Notes: generated by a model from the letters alone, not told the origin. 64,000 nucleotides of DNA from Heteronotia binoei (GCF_032191835.1 NC_083225.1:45818001-45882000); one strand, 5' to 3'; positions 37,045 to 50,742 are shown, numbered from the stretch's first letter. Made by a program: numbers and translations.

Positions 37045-38221
37045 CTGTGGGATTTAAAGAAACAGAAAGTGAATTCCCATAGCTGTTATGAACATAGTAG
37101 TTTTCTAAATATCTTGGCACAAACCCCACAGTTCAAAAGTTTTCCAGAAGTTGTGGTTTTGAGGCAGGTCAGACCTTTCAGAAGAGCACTTCATCTGCCA
37201 CAGTCATAGTGACCTGAACTGTGTTTAATCACATCAAAAGTTGGTAGACAGGTATAAAATTACATTGCTGGACAGTTTTTAATTGTTTTACAACTTCTAC
37301 ATGTTGCATATTTTACTTCCATAAAGGAGTGTTCAAGGATAATCTGAATGAGAAATAACAATGGTTGTTATGATTGCAAAGAGTGGTTTATCAGTCTGTT
37401 CAGGGCACTCGGAAACCAAAAATTGCTGATGTACTTCCCTGCTCCAAAATGCATGGTCTTAAAAGTCACTTAAATCAAACAGCTTACTCCCCAGAATCTC
37501 AATCATTAATAAATTATTGCATATATTCACTCTATAATCACTTTCATGTCATGATTGAACTTTCAGGCCCATTTTACTGCAAGAGTGATCTGAAATATGC
37601 TTGTATGGAAGAGGCTGAATGTGGAGAAAATCGTCTTTTCTCAAAATCAATGGGACTGGATTTTGAGACACTGTCATTAGGATTTAGGTTTAATCATATG
37701 ATCTGAAGACACTTTAGAAAGTGTATTAGCATTTAATCTAGTTCAATTCAGTTAATGATACTAGCAAAAATACCAGTGGACAGTATAATTACCATTTATT
37801 TAGCTATTAGTTACTTTTTTCTTGTAACTCTACTTACTGTTGCTTCTTGTAGAATGCTATCAGAGCTGCAAAGAAGTCCAGCATGTACATACTTTGGCAT
37901 AGTATGTTAGACCTGAGTGAGGCTCTTAAAAATAGGATGTTTTTGAGGTCATGAATTCATAGGGTCACCATAATTTGGTAGTAATTTAACAGCACTTAAC
38001 ACACACACATATATACTATATTACATTTTTACTCTTGAAATTTTAACCAGGAAAAGCCACTAAATATTTTAGGAAGGGTTTCAAAATGGAGGGCTGAATA
38101 TTATCATTACCAGCCTACCGGTGGAAATAGTTGCTCATGAGTTTTCTACCTATATGTGTTGTGGAGCACAGAAGGAGTTAACTGACGAAATACTGCAATT
38201 CCTTTTCTTCTGATTTTTCTT

Positions 38222-38700
38222 TAGAAAAGAGAAGGACTAATAAAACTTGTGGCAGGGTATGAGCTTTCGTGAGTCACTGCTCACTTCTTCAGAAAGACCT
38301 AAGAATGTGAGTCAATCTGTCCTATATATTGGAAAATGGAGTGATTTCAGATGCCGAATTACATTAGCAGGCAAAAGACAACAATAGGATTAGGCATGTG
38401 ATTGGATTAGGCATGATATGCAGAGAGGTAATAGGTGTGGAGCAATCAGCATTGTTAATGAGACAGTAAACCTAGGTCTCGATTCAGTTCAGCTGGATGC
38501 ACTGTCTTGAGCTTTGTCATCAATTGCAATTCAGCAGTCTCCCTAATCTCCCTTTGAAATTTCTTTGTAAAATAACTGCTACTTTTAGGTCAGGAACTGA
38601 ATGCCCTGGAAAGTTAAAATGTTCCACCACTGGTTAAAATGTACCCTCTACTACAAATTTTGTTAAAGTGCTACTAGACTCGTGTTCTTTTCTACTGCTA
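38222..38700 (-). mobile_element. Penelope-like element 3' fragment
   Basis: Minus strand reads EHFNFPGHSVPDLKVAVILQRNFKGRL...AELQLMTKL (region downstream of the GIY-YIG nuclease motif), plus the typical ctgaagaagtgagcagtgactcacgaaagctc terminus. Confidence 0.8.
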
Positions 38701-38769
38701 CAGAAAAACTAATACATAAGAACATAAGACACTTTAGAAGAATACAGCTACCCATTTTAATTTTTCATT

Positions 38770-39044
38770 AGAAGAAGATACTGGATTTATATCCTGCCCC
38801 TATATTCTGAATCTCAGAGTGGTAACAATCTCCTTTACCTTCCCCGCCCCCCCCCCCAACAGACACCCTGTGAGGTAGGTGGGGCTGAGAGAGCTCTTAC
38901 AGCAGCTCCCCTTTCAAGGATAACTCCTATGAGAGCTATGGTTGACCCAAGGCCATTCCAGCAACTGCAGGTGGAGTGGGGAATCAAACCCAGTTCTCCC
39001 AGATAAGAGTCCACACACTTACCCATGTCACCAAACCGGCTCTC
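38770..39044 (-). mobile_element. Squam3-like tRNA SINE
   Basis: Near full-length; same family as 43704-43976 and 46581-46812. Confidence 0.85.
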
Positions 39045-39713
39045 TAGTTATAGGGAAAAGTTATAGAATTTTATAGAATGTTAGTTATAGAAGAATGTTG
39101 TTCTCTGATTTTACTCCAACCATGCTAAGAAGATAACATGTATGAACAGCTATTTCCACTGGTAAGTGCCCCTTCCCATACTAACACAACTACTAGTTTG
39201 TTTTCCCACCCCCACACACTTTTAATACATTTTCAGGGGCCAGTACACAAAAGATAAAGCATCATGCAAGAACTTATATAAAAGAAAATGAACTTCAAAA
39301 GAACTTGTCTGGCTGTGACCATGAGTGAGGAGAGATCAGCAGGTGCAGGTGGGCTGGATCTTCAAACCGTGGCACCCCATTTGGGGAATAATCTCCTTGA
39401 AGATGCCCATATTGTACCAACCTCTCACTGGCTAGTAAGAATTTACTTATATAAATACATTTAAACTAATGCTGAGCTGAATTATGTTGGGAAATGTTTT
39501 TGCTCTTAAAGGGGAAGCGAAGAACATTCTTCTTGTCATATTCAGGGAAACATCTGTACTATATACACAATTGCTTCTCTACCAGCATAAAGGTCAAAGA
39601 GTCCTTCAAAGCATCCTGGGAGCTGTAGTTTGACAAGGTTGCAGAGGATTCTCTGCTGGGAATCATTCCATCCCTTTGCAGCTTCTCAGAAAGTGGGCCC
39701 ATGGATTGGGTAG

Positions 39714-40420
39714 GGGCCTCAGCTCAGTGGAAGAGCATCTTCTTGGCATACAGAAGATCCCAGATTCAGCCTCTCCAGTTAAAGGGATCAGAGGTGAGTA
39801 GGTGATATGAAAGACCTCTGCCTGAGACTCTGTGGTAGGGTTGCCAAGTCCGGCACAAGACATATCTGGGGACTTTGGGGGTGGAGCCAGAAGACTTTGG
39901 AAGTGGAGCCAGAAGTAAGGGTGTGGCAAGCACAACTGAACTCCATAGGGACTTCTGGTCATCACATTTAAAGGGACCACGTTCATTTTAAATGCCTTCT
40001 CTCCATTTGGAATAATGGATAGGGGCACTTTCTTTGGGGGCTCACAGAATTGGAACCCCTCAATCCAATCTTTTTGAAACTTGGGAATTAGTTTAAGGAG
40101 AGTCACCAGATGCTAGGCTGAAAATGTGATGCATCTACCTCAAAAAACAACTCCCTAGAGCCCCAGATACCCGTGGATCAATTCTCCATTATACCCTATG
40201 GGAATTGTTCTCCATAGGGAATAATTGAGAGCCCAGCAGACATTTCCTCCTCCCCCCACTTTCTGATGACCCTGAAGCGGGAGGAGGGCCTCCAATTCGG
40301 CGGATCCCCTACCCCCACCTGGGGATTGGCTACTCTACTCTGTGGAGAGCTGCTGCCAGCAAGAGCAGATGATATAGTACAGACCAATAACCTGACCTGT
40401 TATAAGGCAGCTTCATCTGT
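39714..40420 (+). mobile_element. tRNA-Ala SINE interrupted by a hAT element
   Basis: Head at 39714; the body resumes at 40346 (agagctgctgccag...aaggcagcttcat). Confidence 0.8.
39836..40337. mobile_element. 502-bp TAGGGTTGCCA-family hAT element
   Basis: TIRs tagggttgcca / tggctactcta; perfect 8-bp TSD ctctgtgg (39828-39835 / 40338-40345). Confidence 0.92.
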
Positions 40421-42233
40421 TTCTGCGAGAGGGAATATATATTAAACACACTTAAGTTTGTAAAGGAGCTACAAGCTCTCTCCAGTCCAAAGATTTCTCC
40501 GTTATCTAACAGGTTTGAAACTTGAAATGTTTATTGTTCTCCACTAGGTGTCGCTAGTCACCTACCACAACTGATAAAAACAGGGTGGTGAGGTGATCCT
40601 TGTGCATAACTTACAGAATTTAAAATACAACTAAAGTTCAGCAAGATGGGTTGTATCTTTTGCACTGGCTTTTAGAAAAATGCTGTGTCTGTGCTCTGTG
40701 ACACAGGGACTGAATTTCCAAGTTTAAACTAAAACAGTCTTACATGGATCTTGTAGAACGGTGAGACCTAAAATATTAGTTCCAACTATTCTGTTGTTAG
40801 GGAAGGAAGCTGCAATGGCTGGTCTTCTGCAAACTGCATCTCAGCTTGCTTCTTATTTCTTTGTATTCAGGATAAAACAGCTGTGTGCATGTGCCCAGTC
40901 TCATGGCTGCCTAAAATGAATTTTCAGTCCTTTAAAAGAATCAAGCCCTGACCCATCTGAACACATATGGGCAATTGTTCTATGAGCACAGCTCTTTCTG
41001 CTCATGGGGAAGGCATCCAAGAGGGAGACAGTGATAGGAATCTAGGGTACCAAGTTCACAGCAGGGATGAAAGATTCCAAAGGAAGTGTGATTGTGCCCT
41101 GGGTCTCTAGCACTTTATGAATGGAGGCAGGCGGCTTTTCTATGCAGTGATTGTGCTCAACTTCAATACTTCCACCTGTGAGTTCCAATGGGTGATTGCC
41201 ACAAAAGTGGTAATTATTTATTATAATCAAATTTTAATTCCATCAGTGTTTAATTTTGTACTGCAGAAATTATACAGCTCCATAACTGTCTTTAAATTCG
41301 ATTCACATAATGGGTGAATAGGCGGGATTTAAGACCTGAACTATACAATACATTTGACCACAAGTCAGGCTGGGGTTACCATGACCTGACTTGTTTTCCC
41401 TGTAGCCCCATGACAGCTGGAGGGAACATACTTCCCGAAGCAGAGCTCAATTTGGATTGGAAAGCAACACAGGAGAAGGAGGAGAGATTCCAGCTTTCTT
41501 CTGCACATTCTTTTCCTAAGTGAAAATGGCTCTGACGGGGTGCTTTTGCCCTGTTGTTGTGGAGTTACGTGGACAGTAGAGTTCCTGCTGATGGCAATCT
41601 TAAACCATCGCATTTCTGTCTAAGCTTGACAACCTCCAAGTACGACCTGTGGGATATTCCTGTCCTCCCTCCTCTTGCTTATTTTGAAAAGCACCCCTTT
41701 AAAAGCCTAAATGCAGCGGGGATCCCTAGTCTCAGAAAATGTGCCTGATACTTGCCCCCAACTCCAAGGAATACGTAATACAAGGAGATCTCGAAGTGGG
41801 CATCCCTTTTCTGCGAGAAGGTTTTTCTGTCTGAAGGTTTTCCCATCCCTCTTACATTAAAGGTTTTCTTTTTTTCGTTTTTAAAATAGTTTTGGAAGTT
41901 TCAGCTATTAACTTGCACCATTTTTAAAGGAAAAACCCACTGTTTTAAAAAGGTGTTTTGTAAAAGAATTTTGTTAAGTTTTTGGCTATTTTTAAATCCT
42001 CACAAGGATATTTAGTGTTATTCTTCACAGAATAGGGTTTTTTCTGTCTTGTTTTCTTTTTTGAGCACTGTTCCTCTACCACACTTTGAACATGAGCTAT
42101 TGTGACTCTGACCTCACCTCTCTGTGTCTTCTTATGGTGTCTCCTCTCTTTTTCTACCCAGCTGTCAGCTAAAAAGAAGACTTTTTTGTACCATGTGGTC
42201 AGATCCTCATGACACAGATTTTTAAAAAACTAA

Positions 42234-42520
42234 GGGCGTTTTCGCACTGACCTTCAAGTGGCGCGACCACCCTCTTCACACCGGAGGATCTGCCCGGATT
42301 TCACACAAGAAGCGCCGGCGCACCCAAAAGAGCCGGCGACTTCCGTCGCAAAAGCCGCTCAAACGTTTTCCTGCTTCTTGGCGGTTTCCGTTTGAGCGGG
42401 TTTCGCGACGGAAGTTGCCGGCTCTTTTGGGTGCGCCGGCACTTCTTGTGCGAAATCCACGCAGATCCTCCGCTGTGAAGAGGGTGGTCGCGCCACTTGA
42501 AGGTCAGTGCGAAAACGTCC
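42234..42520. mobile_element. PIF/Harbinger-type MITE, near-perfect 287-bp palindrome
   Basis: gggcgttttcgcactgaccttcaagtggcgcgaccaccctcttcac... mirrored at the other end; 3-bp TSD TAA on both sides; CpGs intact. Confidence 0.9.
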
Positions 42521-43703
42521 TAACTGAAATAAGTCCAAAAATGCAGACTTTCCTCTTTTCATTCAACCCCTGAAGGTAAACTAAACTAAACGAGGTGCAT
42601 CAGCCAACACCCCACTCTTTCTGCTCTAGTTTTTTCATCGGCTGTCTCTCTCCCCACTTCCCCCTCTCTTTCTCCATAAATGTTACTCTATTGTGGGTCA
42701 CCACTAAGTCCCAGTGAGACCACCAGTCCAGCACATTAGATGGCAGTCGTCACAGAGGCACATCTTGATTTTGGTCCTTTAGGTAATTTCTAGCTGGCAC
42801 TGCTTCAGTCCAGAAAACCATCATCCTTTACTCCTGAGCAGCCTGTCCCAAGGCAATTCATAAGGCAACTGCACAGAATTCAGCCCACTGCCCCTGCCTT
42901 TGAGACGTTTTACTCTCTCACAGCTGTGTGAGAGAAATCTGTTTCTTCCAAAGGGCTCCAGTTATGGGCTCTTGACCAAAGTCACTTGGAGAGGGAGGGG
43001 CTCTAGTGATGGGTTTCCTCCTTACTTTGGGCTCTTCTCTGTCCATCATACTGCTTTCATTCCTCAGAAATCTCCACAAATGGACCACTTTGGCCCAATG
43101 AACTCCCCATTTTGAATCTCCTGTGCCACCAACCAGGCTCGTTGTGTTTAATGGACTCAACACTCCTCTTTGCTTTGTTTCATCCACCCAGCTCTACCTG
43201 TTGAATTATTGACTGTGTTGTTTGGGTTTCTGTACCCCCTCCCATGTCAGGCCCTACAGTTATTTGTGAGCACCATATCTTGGACAATAACTATTGTTAT
43301 ATGGACTCTTTATTGCCTGGAATGATACATCCAGGACCTTGGAAGCAAATTGCTTGTGTATATATTTTTGAAAAACATTTTCTCTTTGTATGTCTTAATT
43401 AATCAAATCAACAATTATTTGTACATGTATGATTGAGTGTGCAGGCCCACTCTCCTGGGTTTGGGAAACTTCTGTCACTTTTTTCTAAATGGAGTTTGAT
43501 TATTGTGCTTTGAAATTGCCCCATTTGACCACCAATTTCCATGCTAAGCTTTGGTTTGTTTTTCATTGCTAGGCAATTGTTTATTTTGCTTTGCCTACAG
43601 CACCAGCTTTTGCATAGAATGCTTGACCTCATGCAAAAAAGAAACCAGAGGGATTCAAGGTCAAGTACCACTAACACAGGCATCCATTTACCCACTCCAG
43701 CAA

Positions 43704-43976
43704 AAGAAGATGACGACATTGGATTTATACCCCACCCTTCACTCAGAGTCTCAAAGCGGCTTACAATCTCTTTTATCTTCTTCCCCCAAAACAGACACCC
43801 TGTGAGGTGGGTGGGGCTGAGACACCTCTCCGAGAAGCTGCGGTTTTAAGGACAGCTCTGTGAGAGCTATGGCTGACCCAAGGCCATTCCAGCAGATGCA
43901 AATGGAGGAGTGGGGAATCAAACCCAGTTCTCCCAGACAAGAGTCCACACACTTAACCACTACACCAAACTGGCTC
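43704..43976 (-). mobile_element. Squam3-like tRNA SINE
   Basis: Minus strand head agagccagtttggtgtagtggttaagtgtgtggactc...gggtttgattccccactcc; 3' tcttct tail. Confidence 0.88.
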
Positions 43977-44249
43977 TGTCTAGCACCAATCCTTGACCCT
44001 CCTGTCCAGAGACTAATGCCCTGCAGACAAAGTTCCCAAACCATCAATCACACCATCCCAGTTTCCCTGAAGAAAATGGCAGCTTCAGAATGGACTCTAT
44101 AGCATTATACCCTGCAGAGGTCTCTCCCTTTCCCAAGCCCTGCCTTCAGCAGGCTACACTCTCAAATGCACAGGCATTTCCCAGCCTAAATTGGCAAGCA
44201 TATGGTTCCATCCATGTAGCTCCTTTGTTTCTGTACTGAAATACTGTCC

Positions 44250-44830
44250 ATCATAGATTCACAGAGTTGGAAGGGGCCATACAGGCCATTTAGTCCAACC
44301 CCCTGCTCAATCAGCCTAGAGCAGGGCTTTTTTTTTGTAGCAAGAACTCCTGATGTAGCCAATCCTCCAAGAGCTTACAGGGCTTTTAGTACAGGGTCCA
44401 CTGTAAGCTCTTGTAGGATTGGCTACATCAGCGGTGTGTGGCCTAAAATGCAAAGGAGTTCCTGCTACAAAAGAAAAAAAAGCCCTGGAGCATTCTAACA
44501 AGTTTTTGTCCCGCTCCTGCTTAAAGACTGCCAGTGAAGGGGAGCTAACCACCTCCCTAAGTTGATGATTCCGCTGCTGAACAACTCTTACTGTAAAGAA
44601 GTAATATATCCTGATATCCAGCCAGTACCTCCCCACCCTTAATATAAACCCATTATTGTGAGTTCTATTTTCTGCTGCCAACAGGAACAGCTCCCTGCCC
44701 TCCTTGAAGTGACAGCACTGCAGATACTTCAAGAGAGCAATCATGTTCCTACCCCTTGACCTCCTTTTCTCCAGACTGAACATTCCCAAGTCCCTCAGCC
44801 TTTCCTCATAGGGCTTGGTTTTGATAGGCT
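44250..44830 (-). mobile_element. CR1 LINE 3' fragment containing a hAT MITE (44322-44487)
   Basis: LGMFSLEKRR...LLKYLQCCH...GRELFLLAAENRTHNNG...WLDIR...FTVRVVQQ...SPSLAVFKQ; MITE TIRs cagggcttttttt / aaaaaaaagccctg. Confidence 0.88.
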
Positions 44831-45010
44831 ACATGAGGGCCAATGAGGCCTCATTCTATTTTGCTTGGGGGTTTTTGTTTCACTAGTCACCTTCTACAAT
44901 GAACTTCATACTCTACAATAAAAAATCTCCATAACTTTTCCTTTGATCTGCGATTACCAGTACTTACTGCAAGAACTCAGGTGTGCCTTCTGCATGCGAT
45001 TTGGCTGTAA

Positions 45011-45218
45011 GGGCGGGATGGTGGCTCAGTGGTAGAGCATCTGCTTGTTAAGCAGAAGATCCCAGGTTCAATCCTCGGCATCTCCAAAAAAGGGTCCAGG
45101 CAAATAGGCATGAAAAACCTCAGTTTGAGACCCTGGAGAGCCGCTGCCAGTCTGAGAAGACAATACTGACTTTGATGGACCAAGGATCTGATTCAGTATA
45201 AGGCAGCTTCATATGTTC
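45011..45218 (+). mobile_element. tRNA-Ala-derived SINE with intact Pol III A and B boxes
   Basis: tggctcagtggtagagc (A box), ggttcaatcc (B box), head ending gcatctcca as in tRNA-Ala, followed by ~130 nt of non-tRNA body. Confidence 0.88.
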
Positions 45219-46348
45219 AACCCCTGTATGTGACTGGACTCAGATCTAGGAGAATGGGCCAGCTGTCTGCTCACTATGGCAGCTTTTAAAAACTAACTTT
45301 TTGGTCTTTATAGTTTATGTTGCTGTCGCTACAAGCTGACCTTTATTTTAGGATAAAAGTCAAAGAGAAGAACTGGATAGCTCCAATAGCCAACCTTGTA
45401 CCAAGTTATAAATCATCACATTTCAAAGATTAAGTTCCTTTTTTTCACAATAACAGTAAATTGATTTGTCTTGTTATCAGCATAAACATTGTATCCGTTA
45501 ATGACTGCAGTATCTTTTGTTGTTATAATAAAGCTAACATTTGAAATTAGTTGGCCATTGTTTAACCAATATTTGACCAGTCAGTCGATAATATTTGCTT
45601 CGCCAACCCTGTGTGTGTGGAAGTTGTGCTCTATGAAAAACGATTTACAGACTTTTGTGGACTTGCTGTGAACCACATTACAATCTTAATCCCAACTGTG
45701 CCTCTTTAAAAAGTGAGCAATAAGTTCTGCCTGGGACGTTCAACAGATTTAATGAGCTGTGATATCATATGCAGACGTTAGAATTGATAGCACTGTCAAA
45801 ATGCAGTATAATAAAGGATAGCTGCTATTCAGTTTTAACGATTCTCTTTTAAATATCTCAAAACTGAAATATTTCCCCCCTTCTCATCATGTTAAGATGA
45901 CCAAATGACCATAGATGGCATTTTTTAAGAAATGTGATTTGATTGCTAAGCTATGGAAAAGTGACTATTAAATAGGACCAGTTTGTTCATACAGGATTTG
46001 AGTGTGTGCATTCCATGTGTGTCAGATCTGTTGGGGGAGGTTAGGCTCTGGGACGTGTGGTTATTCCTCTGCAAGGGGTTCAGGTTAAACTAGCAGGAGC
46101 CTCTCACAAAAGCTCTAGCCATACAGCCCACTTACCACCACCACCCTGGAGCCAGGGTATGCAAGGGCTAAATGGACTGTACAGATGGCAAAGAAAAAAA
46201 TCAGGGACTTTTCCTTTTCTGTGTCTCAAGTATGCTCTTAGAGATAACTCTCACCATTACCTACCAATGTGAACAGGCACTATTTGTTCTGGGCAGGGAG
46301 GGGACTAATGCTGCCAATCCACAACTGGCAGGCAATAGCAATTAATAT

Positions 46349-46554
46349 GAACATATGACCATATGAAGCTGCCTTCTACTGAATCAGACCCTTGGTCCAT
46401 CAAAGTCAGTATTGTTTACTCAGACTGGCAGCGGCTCTCCAGGGTCTCAAACTAAGGTTTTTCACACCTATTTGCCTGGACCCTTTTAGTTGGAGATGCC
46501 AGGGGTTGAACTTGGGACCTTCTGCTTACCAAGCAGATGCTCTACCACTGAGCT
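46349..46554 (-). mobile_element. tRNA-Ala-derived SINE, inverted relative to 45011-45218
   Basis: Clear reverse complement of 45011-45218. Confidence 0.88.
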
Positions 46555-46580
46555 GGTTGGTATCCTTCCAGGTCTTTGAA

Positions 46581-46812
46581 AAACAGTTTGGTGTACTGGT
46601 TAAGAGCGGAAGATTCTAAGCTGGAGATCTGGGTTTGATTGCCCACTCCTCCGTGTGAAGCCAGCTGGATGTCCTTGGGTCAGTCATAGTTCTCTGAGCT
46701 CTCTCAGCCCCACCTATCTCACAGGGGAGAGGTGGAGTCATGAGGAGAGGAAGGGAAGGCAACTGTAAGCCACTTCCTTTGGGTAGTGAAATGTGGGGTA
46801 TAAAACCAACTC
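46581..46812 (+). mobile_element. Squam3-like tRNA SINE
   Basis: cagtttggtgtactggttaagagcgg...gggtttgattgcccactcc...ctctcagccccacctatctcacaggg...ggggtataaaacc. Confidence 0.85.
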
Positions 46813-47672
46813 CTTGTCATCTTCTGCTTGATTTAGCAAGGTTTTCCCCTTTCTGTACATACCACACATTTTGGTTTAGCACACAAGCATTCAGCCAAGA
46901 GCACAGGAAACTTGATAAGGTTTGTCTCTGAAAGAGCACTGGCCAAAGGGATCTGGCCTCATGGAACTCCTGGGCGTAAACCACATCAAAATGAAATTAC
47001 TGTCAAGCAGCAACAGGTAGAATAAAGAAGAGGAGCCTGTACTGTCTTCATGATGTCATGTTTAGGGACTGTGAGTCAGGCTGGTACAGGATAGAGAAGG
47101 AGAGAGAATTAATAAGTATTTAGCAGTAAGGCTGTGACACAGAAGAACTAGAGGGGGATTACAGAGCTGTCTTTTGGTAGAGAAAAAGAAGAATTGCTTT
47201 TAGAATTTTCCATTTGTTGCTAGCCTGTTATAGAAATGTAACTGGGATTAGTTTATCTATTTATTTTCCCATTTGAAACATTAATTCCCTGCACTCTGAA
47301 CCAATACTTCCAAAGATGGCTTATAAATCTCTAATAATGCAGCCTCAACTCTTACAACAGCCAATGAGATCATAACAAATAGCAACTCTTTGTCAAAAAG
47401 AACCCTACAGAAGCACAAATAATTATAGTGAAATCCAGCAGCTGATAATAAAAAATAATTCATGCTGCAATCTTAAGGCCGCTTTCCTGAGAGTACACCC
47501 CATTGAATACCATAGAACTTACTTCTGAGAAGATTAGGGCTGCTTCTTCAACATGCCCTAGCAGCAATAAAATATGCTAAAATACTTAGACAACAAAGGA
47601 TGGTAGAATAAAATTACATTAAGATACAAGAGAAATGAAAAAATGTTAAAACTTTTAAAAGTAGCCCAACTA

Positions 47673-47775
47673 CTGTGAACTTAGAGGGAGGTATTTGTGA
47701 ATTTCCTGCATTGTGCAGGGGGTTGGACTAGATTACCCTGGAAGTCCCTTCCAACTCTGTGATTCTAGAATTCTA
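47673..47775 (+). mobile_element. CR1 3' UTR terminus (short 5'-truncated copy)
   Basis: gggaggtatttgtgaatttcctgcattgtgcagggggttggactagat...ccaactctgtgattcta, homologous to 5060-5920 without the MITE. Confidence 0.85.
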
Positions 47776-48259
47776 ACTAAACACATATGATCAAGATGTC
47801 AGGAGAAAAACAAATAAGTGACCAAAAAAACTCCGACACTGAAAACTTGTAAAGTTTGATGCCATGCAAACATGTGGGGACAGAGTTTCAGAGACAAGGC
47901 AGCATGTTAGGATTATTTTAACCACCATCAAACTCTCAAGAAGTACATTTCTGAAGCAGCTCACAACTATAACTTACGTGAAGATTAAAATTAAAATTAA
48001 CTGCAGTACAAAATGGCAAACAACTAGCAGCTACAATGAATGAATTGAAAACAATGTAGTAAAAATAATTTTAAAATGAACGAAAAGCTCAGGTGAATAA
48101 GAGGGTCTTCACCTAGTACCCAAAGTTCATAAAACTAGGCACTGTGAAGAGAGAATTCAACACCAAGAATGCTACTGAAATACTGAATTCCACGAACAGA
48201 ATGCTATTGCTGCTGGTAGGCCCCCACCAAACACTCATGAACCTTCTCATGAAAATTTT

Positions 48260-48800
48260 ATTTTTATTTATTTTATTTTATTCGATTTATATCCCGCCCT
48301 ACCCCACCGAGGTATTCTGCAGGCCTTCTCATGAAGAGGGTAACCAAAGTTCAGGAACATGTGGATACATGTGGCCTTTAAGTAAGTAACAATCAGGAAT
48401 TTAAATTGTTCCTTGAAGTTAATAGGCAGTCCATACAGTTCTTTTGGAACTGGCAAGACTTGTTCCTGATATTTGGCCCAGTTAATACTCTTGCTGCTGT
48501 ATTTTGAAGCAATTAAAGCTTCTAAACAGTTTTACATAGAGCTCAGTATCATAGTCTGCTCTGCATGAGACTAGAACAAGGATAATCAGAGTCAAATCAC
48601 ACTTCTCATGAAAAACCACCACTGGCAAACCAAGCAACGTGGGGCAAAGGCACTCCATGTCAAAGAGCAGACCTGAACTTCCAACAGTAGGCTTGGACTT
48701 AATATTACCTCCAAACTACGAATGTACTCAGTCAAAGGGAGTGTAACTTCATCCAGAACAGGCTTCATAATCATCAAAGACACCTCAGTATTGTCTAGAC
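48260..48800 (-). mobile_element. L2-type LINE 3' fragment
   Basis: EVTLPLTEYIRSLEVILSPSLLLEVQVCSLTWSAF resembles the L2 LPLKDQVRSLGVLLDPSL motif; the tail gggcgggatataaatcgaataaaataaa lies at 48260-48310. Confidence 0.7.
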
Positions 48801-49621
48801 AGAGGTACTATGTCTAGTGACTACCCATAACCTTTCATCTCAGGGGATGATCTCAATGGACTGGTAAATTTGTATGTGAACAATTAACTTTTAGGTAACC
48901 CTGCTGTTGGGCCATTGAAACCTTTAATGGTATGAAGTGGGAATGGGCCTGAAAACAAATCAGCCCCTTAAAAAGGTTATTTTAAAACTGTTATCTATTA
49001 ACAGGAACAATTCCCCTCCATTGTCTATTAACAGGGACAATTTCCCTCCAATACTATTATATTATTATTTCAGAACCATCTTCAAAGACAGCATCACATA
49101 AACAGACTGCATCCATCTGACTTGAATCTGATCAGAGCATAGCCAAATCCTGCTTCTTAAGGAAAGGCTACAATTGCTGCATGAGCTAAAGCTGGACAAA
49201 GGCATTATGTGCAACAGAGAAGATCTATGTTTCCGTATGTAGGCCTGAATGCAACATTCGTAGCCAGCTGTGAGTCTGTTTCTTTTATGGAGTGTGCAGC
49301 TCCATTCATGCATGGTTCACATATGAGAGTTCCCCAGTGAAGACTGTAGACACAGTGAGAGAGACCCACAATAAGGGGGGCGGGTTGTAGTTCATGGCAG
49401 TGAGAAAACAGCGGTAGTTTCAGAATGATGGGAAGAGTGACAGAAGCCTACCTACAAAGGAGGACAGCTATCAGGTGATTCTCAGCCATATCCATACTCT
49501 TGATATTATTCCTTTCAAACCTAGATGCATTTGGCCATCCCTGCTTTTAAATCTTTCAAAAATCTTTCCCATCTCTAGTAATTACTATGAAACTTACAGA
49601 GCTATGTACAAAAAGAAGCTA

Positions 49622-49852
<231 letters not shown>

Positions 49853-50742
49853 TCAGATGTATAGATGAGCAAAACCAACACAGGCAGGATGAGACATGTA
49901 TAATATACTGAATGCCAGCCTGAATAAAATTCTAAGCGACTCTTGCTCAGGCAAAAGAAGCCCTTACTGTATTACTCTCTTTTCATTTTCCGAAAACCAT
50001 TTCCCTAAATTACACAGACAAAGGTTTGTTCATTCTATGATCACGCCAGCTGCTCAAGTTCCCTTGGAAGGTGACATATGCTTTGACCGGTGGTACCAAA
50101 TATTTGCAAAATTCAGGAGCCAAGGAAGTTTTCTTAGTCCCTGTGTAGAGAGAAAGGCCTAAGTATGCCGCTAAAAGGAATGATTCTATCAGCAGGAACG
50201 TTCACAGCTCAACACATTCCTTCAAGCACTGCGTCACCGACACGGACCAGGGCTTGAAATATAGCTTCCAACATGGAAGGGCTCCTGCTAATGAGTGGCT
50301 GCTGGTTGCAACTAAGTGCTGAGCGAAGCATATTCTGCATATGCTCACCAGGCACAATCATGACCATGCCATGCCTTCACGTATCTCAAAGCTGAGCCCT
50401 ACCTCTGAAAGAAGCTCCAGACTGATGTTCTGTTCTGCTGCCTGGCCAGAAAGCAACAATGAGGGAAAGCAAAGTTAAAAAATGAGGGAGGGAAACTATG
50501 CAGAAGAAAAATAAAAATAAAACTGAAGAAAAGAGAATTAGAGAGGGAAAGCAGGGTTTGAGGCTGAGACATGCCTCATTAAAAGAACAACCTAGTGAGG
50601 CACTGAATGCAAGGGATGAAATAATAAAAACAGCCGGAGACTACTACACCCGAGAGGGAGGAATGGGATCCTAAAACAGAAACCACAGTAAGTGACTACA
50701 TAAGACATGTTGAGTTGAGGCCCTACTCTATGTCAAGTTCAA

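Noticed and set aside
37045-37129. N-terminal extension MGFVPRYLENYYVHNSYGNSLSVSLNPT of the 126-aa ORF
   Set aside because: Intronic: it lies upstream of the cag acceptor at 37045, and the true frame is supplied by exon 2.
45011-45085. tRNA gene
   Set aside because: The tRNA-like head continues into a shared SINE body in five copies, and the anticodon region varies among them.
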